Shown piece by piece: positions 7,841 to 17,287 of a stretch of 64,000 nucleotides of DNA. Below the pieces are notes generated by a model. That model had not been told where the DNA came from. It saw nothing but the letters and a program-made list of their open reading frames with translations, and ran no database searches. The translations under genes and the position numbers were made by a program. The stretch comes from an uncultured Clostridia bacterium (GTDB lineage Bacteria; Bacillota; Clostridia; Oscillospirales; Oscillospiraceae): positions 95 to 64,094 of the forward strand of contig CAMFAL010000001.1 in the NCBI GenBank assembly GCA_945948185.1. Direction: 5' to 3'. How positions within the stretch are numbered: the stretch's first letter is position 1; each line of letters opens with the position of its first letter.

Positions 7841-9106
7841 TTACAGCAGGATGCTCATGGGGTTCTGCAGCAGATCCCGCAGATCCATCTGGAACTTCGC
7901 CACAACGGCGCCGTCCAGGGTGCGGTGATCCAGCGTCACAGACAAACGCATGACCTGCTTCTTCACAACCTTGCCCTCATCGTCCAGAGCCAGCTCGTCC
8001 TCGATGGCGCAGACGCCCACGATGACGGAATCAGGCTGGTTGATGATGGGAGTGAAGGTCTCAATGCCAAACATGCCCAGGTTGGACACGGTGATGGTGT
8101 TGCCCTTATACTCCTCGGGCTTCAGCTTGTTCTCCTTGGCGCGGGTGGCCAGATCCTTGGCGGTAGCAGCCAGGGTATCCAGACCCATCTTGTCGGCATC
8201 GCGGATGACGGGAGTGATCAGGCCGGAGTCCAGAGCCACGGCCATGCCGATGTTCACATGGGCGCGCTGGATGATCTGATGGTTGGCCTCGTCGAAGCTC
8301 ACCAGGATCTCGGGATGGTTCCGCAGGCAGACAGCCAGAGCCTTCAGCACCAGGTCGTTGACAGAGTACTTCTTGCCGGTCTCGGCCAGCAGCATCTTGC
8401 GGAACTTCATCAGAGCGGTGACGTCCACCTTGATGTTCTGGGTGACGGGCGGGATCTCGGTGTGGGAGGCCAGCATCCGCTCGGAGACGACCTTGCGCAT
8501 ACCGGACAGCTTCACCACAGTGTCGCCCTCCATCAGGTCCAGACCAGCCTTGGGAGCGGCGGGCTTGGCAGCGGGAGCGGGCGCAGCGGCGGGAGCGGCC
8601 GCAGGAGCGGGAGCGTTCTTCTGGGCCTCGGCGGCAGCCAGGATATCAGCCTGGCGGATACGGCCGGAGGTGCCGGTGCCGACGATGTTGGTGTAATCCA
8701 CACCCAGCTTGGCCGCGGTCTTACGGGCCAGGGGGGAGATGCGGATGCGGGCGCCGTTGGCGGCAGCCACAGGAGCGGGAGCAGCGGCGGGGGCAGCAGC
8801 TGGAGCGGCCTCCACGGCGGCAGGAGCGGCGGGAGCGGCAGCGGGGGCAGCGCCGCCCACGGCCTCGCCGGGCTGGCCGATGTAGGCCAGCAGGCCCTTG
8901 ACGGGGATGTCCTCGCCCTCCTGGGCCACAATCTTCAGCAGGACGCCGTCGAATTCGCTGGCGACCTCATTGGTCAGCTTATCGGTGGTGATCTCCACGA
9001 TCACGTCACCGGCCTTCACCTCATCGCCTTCGTGCTTGATCCAGGCGGAGACAGTACCCTCCTCCATGGTCAGGCCCAGCTGAGGCATCAATACTTCATG
9101 TGCCAT
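7841..9106 (-). CDS. Dihydrolipoamide acyltransferase (E2), operon A
   Basis: Lipoyl domain, Ala/Pro linkers, ISPLARK E3-binding domain, DHRTLDG. Confidence 0.95.
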   Translation of the reverse strand: MAHEVLMPQLGLTMEEGTVSAWIKHEGDEVKAGDVIVEITTDKLTNEVASEFDGVLLKIVAQEGEDIPVKGLLAYIGQPGEAVGGAAPAAAPAAPAAVEAAPAAAPAAAPAPVAAANGARIRISPLARKTAAKLGVDYTNIVGTGTSGRIRQADILAAAEAQKNAPAPAAAPAAAPAPAAKPAAPKAGLDLMEGDTVVKLSGMRKVVSERMLASHTEIPPVTQNIKVDVTALMKFRKMLLAETGKKYSVNDLVLKALAVCLRNHPEILVSFDEANHQIIQRAHVNIGMAVALDSGLITPVIRDADKMGLDTLAATAKDLATRAKENKLKPEEYKGNTITVSNLGMFGIETFTPIINQPDSVIVGVCAIEDELALDDEGKVVKKQVMRLSVTLDHRTLDGAVVAKFQMDLRDLLQNPMSILL

Positions 9107-9119
9107 GTTGATTACCTCC

Positions 9120-10103
9120 TCACTTGTTCAGGACGCGCTTGACGGCCTTGACGATGTCGTCGGGATGGGGGAAGTTCTTGTCCTCCAGCACGGGGCTGAA
9201 GGGAGAGACGATGTTGAGGCCGCAGACACGCTCCACGGGAGCGTCCAGCTCGTCGAACAGCTCCTCGGCGATCTGAGCGGAGATCTCGCCGGCATAGCTG
9301 CCGCGCTTGACTTCCTCAGAGACGATGATGACGTTATGGGTCTTGGAGACAGAGGCCTTGATGGCGTCCCAGTCGATGGGCACCAGGGTGCGCAGGTCCA
9401 GGACCTCCACGTCGATGCCCTCGGCAGCCAGCTTCTCAGCGGCTTCCATGGAGAAGTTGACCTCGCGGCTCCAGGTGATGATGGTCAGATCCTTGCCCTC
9501 GCGCTTCACGTTGGCCTTGCCGATGGGGACCAGGTAATCCTCGTCCTCGGGGATCTCTTCCTTCTTGGCGTACAGCAGCTTGTGCTCAAAGACCACAACG
9601 GGATCGGGATCACGCATAGCGGACTTGATCAGGCCCTTGGCGTCGGCGGCTGAGCAGGGAGCCACGACCTTCAGGCCGGGGAAGTGGCAGACCATGCCCT
9701 CCAGGGACTGGGAGTGCTGACCGGCGTTGCGGCGGCCGGAACCCATGGGCATACGCAGTACCAGGGGGATGGAGCACTGACCGCCGGACATGTACTTCAG
9801 CTTGGCAGCCTGGTTGAACAGGGGATCAGCGCAGACGGTGACAAAGTCGTCATACATCAGCTCCACGCAGGGATGCATGCCACGCATAGCAGCGCCGACG
9901 GCCATGCCCAGGAAGCCCTCTTCGGAAATGGGGGTATCGATGACACGGTTGGGACCGAACTCATCCAGGAAACCGGTGGTGACGGCGAACACGTTGCCCA
10001 TGACGGCCATATCCTCGCCCATGATGAACATCTTGTCATCCCGGCGCATCTCTTCCAGCAGGCCCTCACGAATGGCCTTGCTCACAGTGATCTTCTTGCT
10101 CAT
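9120..10103 (-). CDS. 2-oxoacid/acetoin dehydrogenase E1 beta, operon A
   Basis: GED, DTPISE, QHSQSLE, DPVVVFEHK and DLRTL motifs. Confidence 0.95.
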   Translation of the reverse strand: MSKKITVSKAIREGLLEEMRRDDKMFIMGEDMAVMGNVFAVTTGFLDEFGPNRVIDTPISEEGFLGMAVGAAMRGMHPCVELMYDDFVTVCADPLFNQAAKLKYMSGGQCSIPLVLRMPMGSGRRNAGQHSQSLEGMVCHFPGLKVVAPCSAADAKGLIKSAMRDPDPVVVFEHKLLYAKKEEIPEDEDYLVPIGKANVKREGKDLTIITWSREVNFSMEAAEKLAAEGIDVEVLDLRTLVPIDWDAIKASVSKTHNVIIVSEEVKRGSYAGEISAQIAEELFDELDAPVERVCGLNIVSPFSPVLEDKNFPHPDDIVKAVKRVLNK

Positions 10104-11113
10104 CTTGCCACACACCTTTCGTTATCGGCAGTATACATATCGTCGGTGACCTCAGAGGGATCGGGATAGGGAGACTCATCGGCAAACTTGACGGCCTCGT
10201 CCATCTCCTCCTGAGCGGCCTTCTTGATCTCTTCCAGCTCTTCTTCCTTGACGCCCATACCGATCAGCTTCTTACCCAGCTTCTCGATGCCGTCGTTGGC
10301 CAGAGCTTTCTCCATGTACTCAGCGGGACGATACACGGCGGGGTCGCCGCAGTAATGGCCCTGATAACGATAGACCTTAGCCTCCACCACATAGGGGCCC
10401 TTGCCGCTGCGGGCATGGTCCATAGCCTCGGTCATAGCCTCGTAAACAGCCACGGGATCGGTGCCGTCCACAACGGCGAAGGGCACGTCGTAAGCGGCGG
10501 CACGGGTGGCCAGGTCGGGAGTGTTGGTGACGCGGTGAATCTCGGTGGAAACGCCGTAGCAGTTGTTCTCAATGAACCAGACCATAGGCAGCTTCCAGGT
10601 GGCGGCCATGTTCAGGGACTCATGGAAGGTACCCTCGTTGGTGGAGCTGTCACCGAAGCAGCCGACGGTGACGCAGTTGTCGCCCAGAATCTTGGAGGCC
10701 AGGGCGGAACCGGCGGAGATGGGCTGGCCGGCACCCACGATGCCGTTGGCGCCCAGGTGGTTCATCTTGGCCATATCAGCGATGTGCATGGAACCGCCCT
10801 TGCCCTTGCAGTAGCCGGTGCGCTTGCCGAACAGCTCGGCCATGGCCAGCTTGGGATCGCCGCCGCGGGCGATGACATGGCCATGGCCGCGGTGGGTGGA
10901 GGTGAAATAGTCCTGGGGCTGGATGGTGGCGAAAGCGCCGGCCTCAGCGGCCTCCTGGCCGATGCTCAGATGGATATTGCCAGCCAGCATGCCCTTGGTG
11001 AAGCATTCAGCCGCGTGCTCCTCAAATGCGCGGATGCGGACCATCGTCCGGTAGAAACCCAGCAGCAGTTCCTTGGAGTACTTCTCTTCAGAGTTCTTCT
11101 TTTTCGTTGCCAA
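10100..11113 (-). CDS. TPP-dependent dehydrogenase E1 alpha, operon A (AcoA/PdhA-like)
   Basis: HLSIGQEA, STHRGHGH, GKGGSMH, GDS..ENN; probable TTG start. Confidence 0.93.
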   Translation of the reverse strand: MATKKKNSEEKYSKELLLGFYRTMVRIRAFEEHAAECFTKGMLAGNIHLSIGQEAAEAGAFATIQPQDYFTSTHRGHGHVIARGGDPKLAMAELFGKRTGYCKGKGGSMHIADMAKMNHLGANGIVGAGQPISAGSALASKILGDNCVTVGCFGDSSTNEGTFHESLNMAATWKLPMVWFIENNCYGVSTEIHRVTNTPDLATRAAAYDVPFAVVDGTDPVAVYEAMTEAMDHARSGKGPYVVEAKVYRYQGHYCGDPAVYRPAEYMEKALANDGIEKLGKKLIGMGVKEEELEEIKKAAQEEMDEAVKFADESPYPDPSEVTDDMYTADNERCVAR

Positions 11114-11173
11114 TGTTTTCACGCCTTTCTTAAAATGTTTGGCTCTATGGATCACAATGCAATTGAAAACAAC

Positions 11174-11647
11174 TTATGCCTGACGGGGAGCGAACAGGGG
11201 AACCTCCAGCTCCTCATCAAACTTGCGGCCCATGACCAGGCCCTCGATCTCGGCCAGGATCACGTCCACGGTCAGCAGAACCTTTGTGCCCTCCACCAGA
11301 TGGCCGCCGTGGGCGTTGCCGTGCCGGTCAGTCACCGTCATGTGGACATGCAGGTTCGTGTTGCCCTCATCATCATGGCAGATGATACCGGACGCGCTGG
11401 TCAGCTCGATGGGACCGGTGAGATGCAGCGTCTCGCCGTAGCCGTAGCCCGCCTTGGTGGGCAGCTCCACGGGATTGCAGAAATGCGGATCCTGCAGGCT
11501 TCCGATGGCGCTGAGGATGACACCGTTGTTGATGCCGTTGCGCTCGCAGGCCTCCTGCAGCCCCAGAAGGACATCCGAGCCGGGTTTCAGACGGACTGCG
11601 ATCACGCGGCCCAGTTTGCCCTGAGCCATTTCCATGTCAAAGCTCAT
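11174..11647 (-). CDS. PPC-domain (DUF296) protein
   Basis: RLKPG.D, SAIGSL, HVH and GGHL motifs. Confidence 0.88.
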   Translation of the reverse strand: MSFDMEMAQGKLGRVIAVRLKPGSDVLLGLQEACERNGINNGVILSAIGSLQDPHFCNPVELPTKAGYGYGETLHLTGPIELTSASGIICHDDEGNTNLHVHMTVTDRHGNAHGGHLVEGTKVLLTVDVILAEIEGLVMGRKFDEELEVPLFAPRQA

Positions 11648-11713
11648 ACCTTATACCCTTCCTCCCTATTGATATATGATAAAAAGAGACGACTCTCTTC
11701 ATGGGATACCGCT

Positions 11714-12478
11714 TTAAAGCTCCACGGTCTGCCAGGGCTCTGTAAGGGCCAGGGCTGTTCCCTCCTCAGGCGGCCAGTTGGCCAGGTCCCGCTGCAGCAT
11801 GTAGTGCATCTGCATGGTGTCATCCCCCTGGAAGGGCACATGATACACGCAGTAGTTCTCCGCCTTCAGGCTGCCGTGGAAAAACTTCGGGTTATGGAAC
11901 GCCCGGAAAAACAGCGGATTCAGAAATACCGCCCGCAGAGGCAGATTCTTCACCGCTTCAAATGATGCACTCATGTAATCCACATCGGCCGTGAACAGCA
12001 CGTGCTTGTCGTCGAAGGACAGCACATAGCACAGATGCCGGACACCCCAGAATTTCCGGTCCAGATGCTGCGTGGTGAAAGCCCGCACCGTCAGGTGGGG
12101 CTCCACGCGAAAAGAAGCGTGGTCCGTCTTTCGGGACAGGTCCACACAGGGGATATGCCGTTCCCGCAGGAAAGCGTCCAACGCGGAGTCCGGCTGGTCC
12201 GCCAGCGGCTTGAAAATGCCTTTCACCGGACGATGCCGCAGGTACTCCATGGTCATGCCCGGAGAGAAGTGATCGGGATGGGCGTGGGTGAACAGCAGGT
12301 AATCTACCTTGGAAAAGAGCCCTTCGCCCCGCAGCATCTGCTGCCAGGTCACATCCGTCAGATTGCTGAAGGGATGTCCCTCCGGACCGTAGATGCCGTC
12401 CATCAGCACCGTGATCCCCCGGTATTCCAGCAGCAGTCCCGCATTGCAGACCAGTGTCACCCGCAGCTTCTCGTCCAT
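11714..12478 (-). CDS. Metallo-beta-lactamase-fold hydrolase
   Basis: THAHPDHF motif; start placed by RBS AAAGGAAAGG. Confidence 0.88.
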   Translation of the reverse strand: MDEKLRVTLVCNAGLLLEYRGITVLMDGIYGPEGHPFSNLTDVTWQQMLRGEGLFSKVDYLLFTHAHPDHFSPGMTMEYLRHRPVKGIFKPLADQPDSALDAFLRERHIPCVDLSRKTDHASFRVEPHLTVRAFTTQHLDRKFWGVRHLCYVLSFDDKHVLFTADVDYMSASFEAVKNLPLRAVFLNPLFFRAFHNPKFFHGSLKAENYCVYHVPFQGDDTMQMHYMLQRDLANWPPEEGTALALTEPWQTVEL

Positions 12479-12501
12479 GCCTTTCCTTTCACCGCGCAAA
12501 A

Positions 12502-12619
12502 TTGAATTCAATTTCGCGATTTCTTCGATACAAAATTATCATTCGATATTCAAAAAGTCAATGATAAAATGCGGTTTCTTGTAAAAAGTCTACTTTTTAG
12601 ATAAGTGGTAAGACCATTT
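12502..12619. promoter_or_regulatory. Operon A control region with two types of GntR-like boxes
   Basis: TTGAATTCAA at 12502-12511; AAGTGGTAAGACCATTT at 12603-12619; TTGACT -35 on the minus strand at 12561-12556. Confidence 0.6.
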
Positions 12620-12638
12620 TTGACTTTTTTGCCAAGCC

Positions 12639-13340
12639 TTACTTCTTCTCCCAGGCAACCTTCCGTTTGGGCATCATGGTGATCTGGTCCATGCCCTGGC
12701 GGATATACCAGTCGATGGTATCGTACACCACCTGGATATGCTGCTGGATAAAGGCCTCCAGCGCCTCGGCGTCCTTGGCCAGCAGCAGGTCCAGAATCTT
12801 CTGACTCTCCCTCAGGGAGTCCCGCAGGAAGTCCACATTGGTGGTGGAGGAAGTCCACAGGAAGAAGATGCTGCCGATGCTCCAGTTGGATTCGTAGATG
12901 CCCAGCAGCTTCTCATTGCCCGCCAGCTTCACATACAGGGTATGGAACCGGCTCTCCAGTTCGTAGGCGGCGTTGAAATCCTCAATATCCTGGAGGCCCT
13001 TCACCACCTCCCGCATCTCCTCGATGATCTCCGGCGCGTAATCCACATTTTTGATGGCAGGGCGCACGCAGAAGCGCTCGATCATCATACGGATATCCAC
13101 AGTCTCCAGAATCCGGCGCGGCGTGATCTTAGCCACAGTGACGCCCCGGTTGGGAATGGCCTCCGCCACACCCTGGGCCACCAGACGATTGATGGCCGCC
13201 ACCACCGGCGTGCGGCTAATGCCCAGGGAATCGGAAATCTCCTGGGTGGACAGTTTGGAGCCGGGGGGATACGTTCCATTCTGAATCCGCTTCCGGATCT
13301 CCAAAAACGCGTAATCCTGCAGCGAAGTCTCTCGTTTCAT
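12639..13340 (-). CDS. GntR-family regulator with FCD domain
   Basis: YPPGSKL..LGISRTPV wHTH; C-terminal FH..AGN..H. Confidence 0.92.
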   Translation of the reverse strand: MKRETSLQDYAFLEIRKRIQNGTYPPGSKLSTQEISDSLGISRTPVVAAINRLVAQGVAEAIPNRGVTVAKITPRRILETVDIRMMIERFCVRPAIKNVDYAPEIIEEMREVVKGLQDIEDFNAAYELESRFHTLYVKLAGNEKLLGIYESNWSIGSIFFLWTSSTTNVDFLRDSLRESQKILDLLLAKDAEALEAFIQQHIQVVYDTIDWYIRQGMDQITMMPKRKVAWEKK

Positions 13341-13576
13341 GTCATCCTCCTATATGTAACGCACGGCGTTCTTTACAATGAGCCTCAACGCCGCGCACAG
13401 GCAGCTTTTGGCAGTTTCTCCATCTGCCCCGATTATAGCACGCCGCTTTTTATCCAACAAGCCATGTTTCGCATTTTATAGTGCCAAAAATTACAGCTGA
13501 TTTTCGTCATTTTGAATTCATTTTTTCGAGATATGCGCAAAGAGGTCCGGCAAATGCCGGACCTCTTTGACACAAT

Positions 13577-14974
13577 TCAATTTTTGGTGTGGATGGCCCG
13601 TTTTTCGGCGTGAAGAGCGGCCTCCCGCATGGTCTCGGTGACGGTAGGATGGGAATGGATGGTGGAGATCAGCTCGTCCAGAGTGGCCTCCACCCGGATG
13701 GCCAGGGCCCCCTCCGCGATCAGGTCCGTGGCACGTGGGCCGATGATGTGCATACCCAGCACCTCGCCGTATTTGGCTCCGGCGATGATCTTCACCAGGC
13801 CTTCGCCGCCGTTGAGAATCAGGGCTTTGCCGTTGGCGCTCATGGGGAACTTGCCCACCTTGCAGGCAATGCCCTTGGCCTTGCACTGCTCCTCCGTCAG
13901 GCCCACCGAGGCCGCCTCCGGCTCCATGTAGACGCAGGTGGGGTTGGTGCTCTCGTCGTAGACGGCGGGGACGCCGCAGATATTCTCGGCGGCCACCTCG
14001 CCCATGGCGCTGGCAGTGTGCGCCAGCTGGGCGTGACCCATGACGCAGTCGCCCACGGCATAGACGCCGGGAACGCTGGTCTCCATCTTCTCATTGACGA
14101 GAATGCGGCCCCGGTCGTGCTTCAGGCCGCCGGCGTCCAGATTCAGGGAAGCGGTGTTGGCTTTGCGGCCGATGGCCACCAGGACTTTCTCTGCCTCAAA
14201 GCTGACGGTCTCCCCCGCCTTGTTCTTACAGACGACCCTGGCGCCCACAGGGCTGGCCTCCACGGACTGCACGGGGCACTCCAGATGGAACTCCATCCCC
14301 ATCTTCTTCATGTGGGCCACGCCGATGGCGGTCAGGTCGCCGTCCAGCATGGGCAGCATGTGATCCATGGCCTCCACCACCGTAATCTTGGTACCGAAGG
14401 CCGCGTAGGCACAGGCCAGCTCCAGGCCGATGACGCCGCCGCCGATGACCACCATGGTTCTGGGCAAAGCCTCCAGGTTCAGAGCGCCGGTGGAGTCAAT
14501 ACAGTTGGGATTCTCCCGGATGCCGGGGATGGGCGGCACGGCATTGACGGAGCCGGTTGCCACGATGATGGCGTCGGCGGTCATGGTCTCCGTGGTACCG
14601 TCAGACTTCTTCACAGACAGTTTCCGAGGGCCGATGAAGGAGGCCTCGCCGTCGAGCTTCTTCACCTTGTTCATCTTAAACAGCCCGGCGATGCCGCCCG
14701 TCAGCTTTTTGGAGATCTCATTCTTGTGGGCAATCACTTTCGGGAAGTTAACCTTGACGCCCTCCACCTCCACGCCGATGTCCGCTCCCTGCTCTTTGAT
14801 CTGAGAGACCAGTTCGGCGGAGTGCAGCAGGCACTTGGTGGGGATGCATCCCACGTTCAGGCAGGTGCCGCCCAGATGCTCCTTTTCGATGACGGTGACC
14901 TGCGCACCCAGCTGGGCCGCGCGGATGGCGGCCACATAGCCGCCGGGGCCGCCGCCGATAACGATGATATTCAT
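13577..14974 (-). CDS. lpdA: Dihydrolipoyl dehydrogenase (E3), operon B
   Basis: GGGPGG, GGTCLNVGCIPTK and HSHPT; no lipoyl domain. Confidence 0.96.
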   Translation of the reverse strand: MNIIVIGGGPGGYVAAIRAAQLGAQVTVIEKEHLGGTCLNVGCIPTKCLLHSAELVSQIKEQGADIGVEVEGVKVNFPKVIAHKNEISKKLTGGIAGLFKMNKVKKLDGEASFIGPRKLSVKKSDGTTETMTADAIIVATGSVNAVPPIPGIRENPNCIDSTGALNLEALPRTMVVIGGGVIGLELACAYAAFGTKITVVEAMDHMLPMLDGDLTAIGVAHMKKMGMEFHLECPVQSVEASPVGARVVCKNKAGETVSFEAEKVLVAIGRKANTASLNLDAGGLKHDRGRILVNEKMETSVPGVYAVGDCVMGHAQLAHTASAMGEVAAENICGVPAVYDESTNPTCVYMEPEAASVGLTEEQCKAKGIACKVGKFPMSANGKALILNGGEGLVKIIAGAKYGEVLGMHIIGPRATDLIAEGALAIRVEATLDELISTIHSHPTVTETMREAALHAEKRAIHTKN

Positions 14975-14990
14975 ACGGTGCGCTCCTCCC

Positions 14991-16265
14991 TCAGGCCAGG
15001 ATCAGTTCGGGATGCTCGATGAGCGTCTGGAGGTCCTTGAAAATTCCACCCACCTCCAGGCCGTCCACCACCCGGTGATCGAAGGTCATGTAGGCAATCA
15101 TGGTATCCCGGGGCACGAACTGTCCATCCACATAGACAGGCTTCTTGGTGGTCCGGCCAAAGCCCATGATGGCCACCTCCGGGGGATTGATGATGGGAGT
15201 GGACATGTCGATGGGGAACATACCCACGTTGGAGACAGTAAAGGTGCCGCAGCCCTGCTCCCCTTCCCGCAGCTTCTTCTCCTTGGCCCGGGTGCCCAGA
15301 TCCTTGATAGTCTTGCTGAGTTCCACCAGGGGCAGCGTATCGGCGTTCTTCACCACAGGGACCATGAGGCCGCCCTCGGTGGCCACCGCCACGGAAAGCT
15401 GCACATGCTTGTGGGAGAAGAGGGTCTTACCGTCGAAGGTGGCGTTGGCCAGGGGATGCTTCACCAGCATCTTGGCCACAGCCTTGCACAGCAAGTCGTT
15501 GACAGTGATCTTGCAGCCCAGGTACTCCTGCTGGGCCACCAGCTTCTGCCGCAGGGCCAGCAGCTCGGTGACATCCATCTCACAGGTGGCCGTGCACTGG
15601 GCCATCTCCTGCAGACTGTTGTACATGTTGCGGGCGATGGCCTTCCGGACGCCGGTCCAGGGAGTCTCGGTGATCTCGTCCTCCGCCCCGGCAGGAGCGG
15701 CAGCGGCCACGGGCGCGGCCTTGGGCTGCTCCAGATACTTCCGCACATCCCGGGCGATGATGCGGGTTCCGTCGGGACCGCCGGAGGCAGCGATGTCCGC
15801 CAGGCTGACGCCGGCTTCCTTGGCCAGCTTCTTGGCCAGACCGGAGGCCCGGATGTGGCCGTCAGCCATGACAGCGGCGCTGACGGCGCCGGTGACGGCC
15901 GGAGCAGCGGCGGCGGGTGCCGTATGGACGCAGGTGGGACACTCCCGGGCGCAGCCCTTCTCCTCCGTCTCAGCGGATGCGGCAGGGGCAGCCGGTGCGG
16001 CGCCGCCGGCCAGCTGGGCCAGCTCCGCTTCGCTCTCCGCCAGCATGCCGATCACCTCGCCCACGGGGATGGTATCCCCTTCCTTGGCAATGATGTGGAC
16101 ATAGCCCTCACCCAGAGCCTCACAGTCGATGGTATTTTTCTCGTTCTCATACTCCATGAGAACGTCGCCCTTCTTCACGTAGGCGCCCTCCGCCACCTTC
16201 CATTCGGCGATGGTGCCTTCCACCATGGTCAGACCCGCCTTGGGCATTACGATCGCAGTACTCAT
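14991..16265 (-). CDS. Dihydrolipoamide acyltransferase (E2), operon B
   Basis: Lipoyl domain (ENEKN), ASGLAKK binding domain, DHRVVDG. Confidence 0.94.
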   Translation of the reverse strand: MSTAIVMPKAGLTMVEGTIAEWKVAEGAYVKKGDVLMEYENEKNTIDCEALGEGYVHIIAKEGDTIPVGEVIGMLAESEAELAQLAGGAAPAAPAASAETEEKGCARECPTCVHTAPAAAAPAVTGAVSAAVMADGHIRASGLAKKLAKEAGVSLADIAASGGPDGTRIIARDVRKYLEQPKAAPVAAAAPAGAEDEITETPWTGVRKAIARNMYNSLQEMAQCTATCEMDVTELLALRQKLVAQQEYLGCKITVNDLLCKAVAKMLVKHPLANATFDGKTLFSHKHVQLSVAVATEGGLMVPVVKNADTLPLVELSKTIKDLGTRAKEKKLREGEQGCGTFTVSNVGMFPIDMSTPIINPPEVAIMGFGRTTKKPVYVDGQFVPRDTMIAYMTFDHRVVDGLEVGGIFKDLQTLIEHPELILA

Positions 16266-16288
16266 GATATCCTCCTTTTCAGCGGGTC

Positions 16289-17269
16289 TCAGAACATGGC
16301 GCGGATGGAAGCACAGATACGGTCCACACTGGGGATGCTGTGCTTCTCCATGCGGATGTTGTAGGGCATGGGCACATCCAGAGCCGCGATACGGGCCACA
16401 GGACCGTCCAGCTCGTCATACAGCTCCTCCTGGAACATGGCGGCAAGCTCCGCGCCGACACCGGCGGTCTTGTTGCCCTCCTCCACCACGGCGGCCATGT
16501 GGGTCTTGCGGATGGAGGCGAAGATGGTCTCCTTGTCCAAGGGGGCGATGGTACGGGGGTCGATGACCTCCACGTCAATGCCCTCGGCAGCCAGCTTCCC
16601 GGCAGCCTCCAGAGCCCGGGGCACCATGAGGCCAATGGCCACCAGGGTCACGTCCTTACCGGGGCGCTTTACATCCGCCAGGCCGATGGGAATGGTGTAA
16701 TCGCTCTCATAGATATCGTCGGGGATGTCCTGCTTGGTCTGGTACAGCTGCTTGGGCTCGCAGAAGAGCACCGGATTATCGGAGCGGATGGCAGACTTCA
16801 GCAGGCCCTTGGCGTCGTAGGGGCAGGAGGGAGTGATAATGGTGAGGCCGGGCGCGTGCAGGAACAGGCTTTCCACGGTGTTGGAGTGTTCGCTTCCCGC
16901 GCCGTTGGAGGCACCGGAGGCACTGCGGATCACCAGGGGCAGCTTGTATTCGGGGCCGTGCATGTACCGCCACTTGGCAACACAGTGGAAGATCTCCGTA
17001 AAAGCCACCATGGTGAAATCGGAGTACATCAGCTCCACGCAGGGGCGCAGGCCGGTCTCCGCGGCGCCGATGGCGCTGCCGATGATGGCGGTCTCGGTGA
17101 TGGGCGTGTTGCGGACCCGCTTGGGGCCGAACTCCTCCAGCATACCGCGGGTAATACCGAAAATGTTGCCGAACTGAGCTACATCCTCGCCGTAGATCAG
17201 AACCTTGCCGTCACGGCGCATCTCTTCCTTCAGTGCGTCGCCGATCGCTTTCGCGTAAGTAACTTTCAT
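16289..17269 (-). CDS. E1 beta, operon B
   Basis: GEDV, NTPITE, EHS, NPVLFCEPK and DPRTI motifs. Confidence 0.94.
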   Translation of the reverse strand: MKVTYAKAIGDALKEEMRRDGKVLIYGEDVAQFGNIFGITRGMLEEFGPKRVRNTPITETAIIGSAIGAAETGLRPCVELMYSDFTMVAFTEIFHCVAKWRYMHGPEYKLPLVIRSASGASNGAGSEHSNTVESLFLHAPGLTIITPSCPYDAKGLLKSAIRSDNPVLFCEPKQLYQTKQDIPDDIYESDYTIPIGLADVKRPGKDVTLVAIGLMVPRALEAAGKLAAEGIDVEVIDPRTIAPLDKETIFASIRKTHMAAVVEEGNKTAGVGAELAAMFQEELYDELDGPVARIAALDVPMPYNIRMEKHSIPSVDRICASIRAMF

Positions 17270-17287
17270 ACCGTTCTGCCCTCCTTA

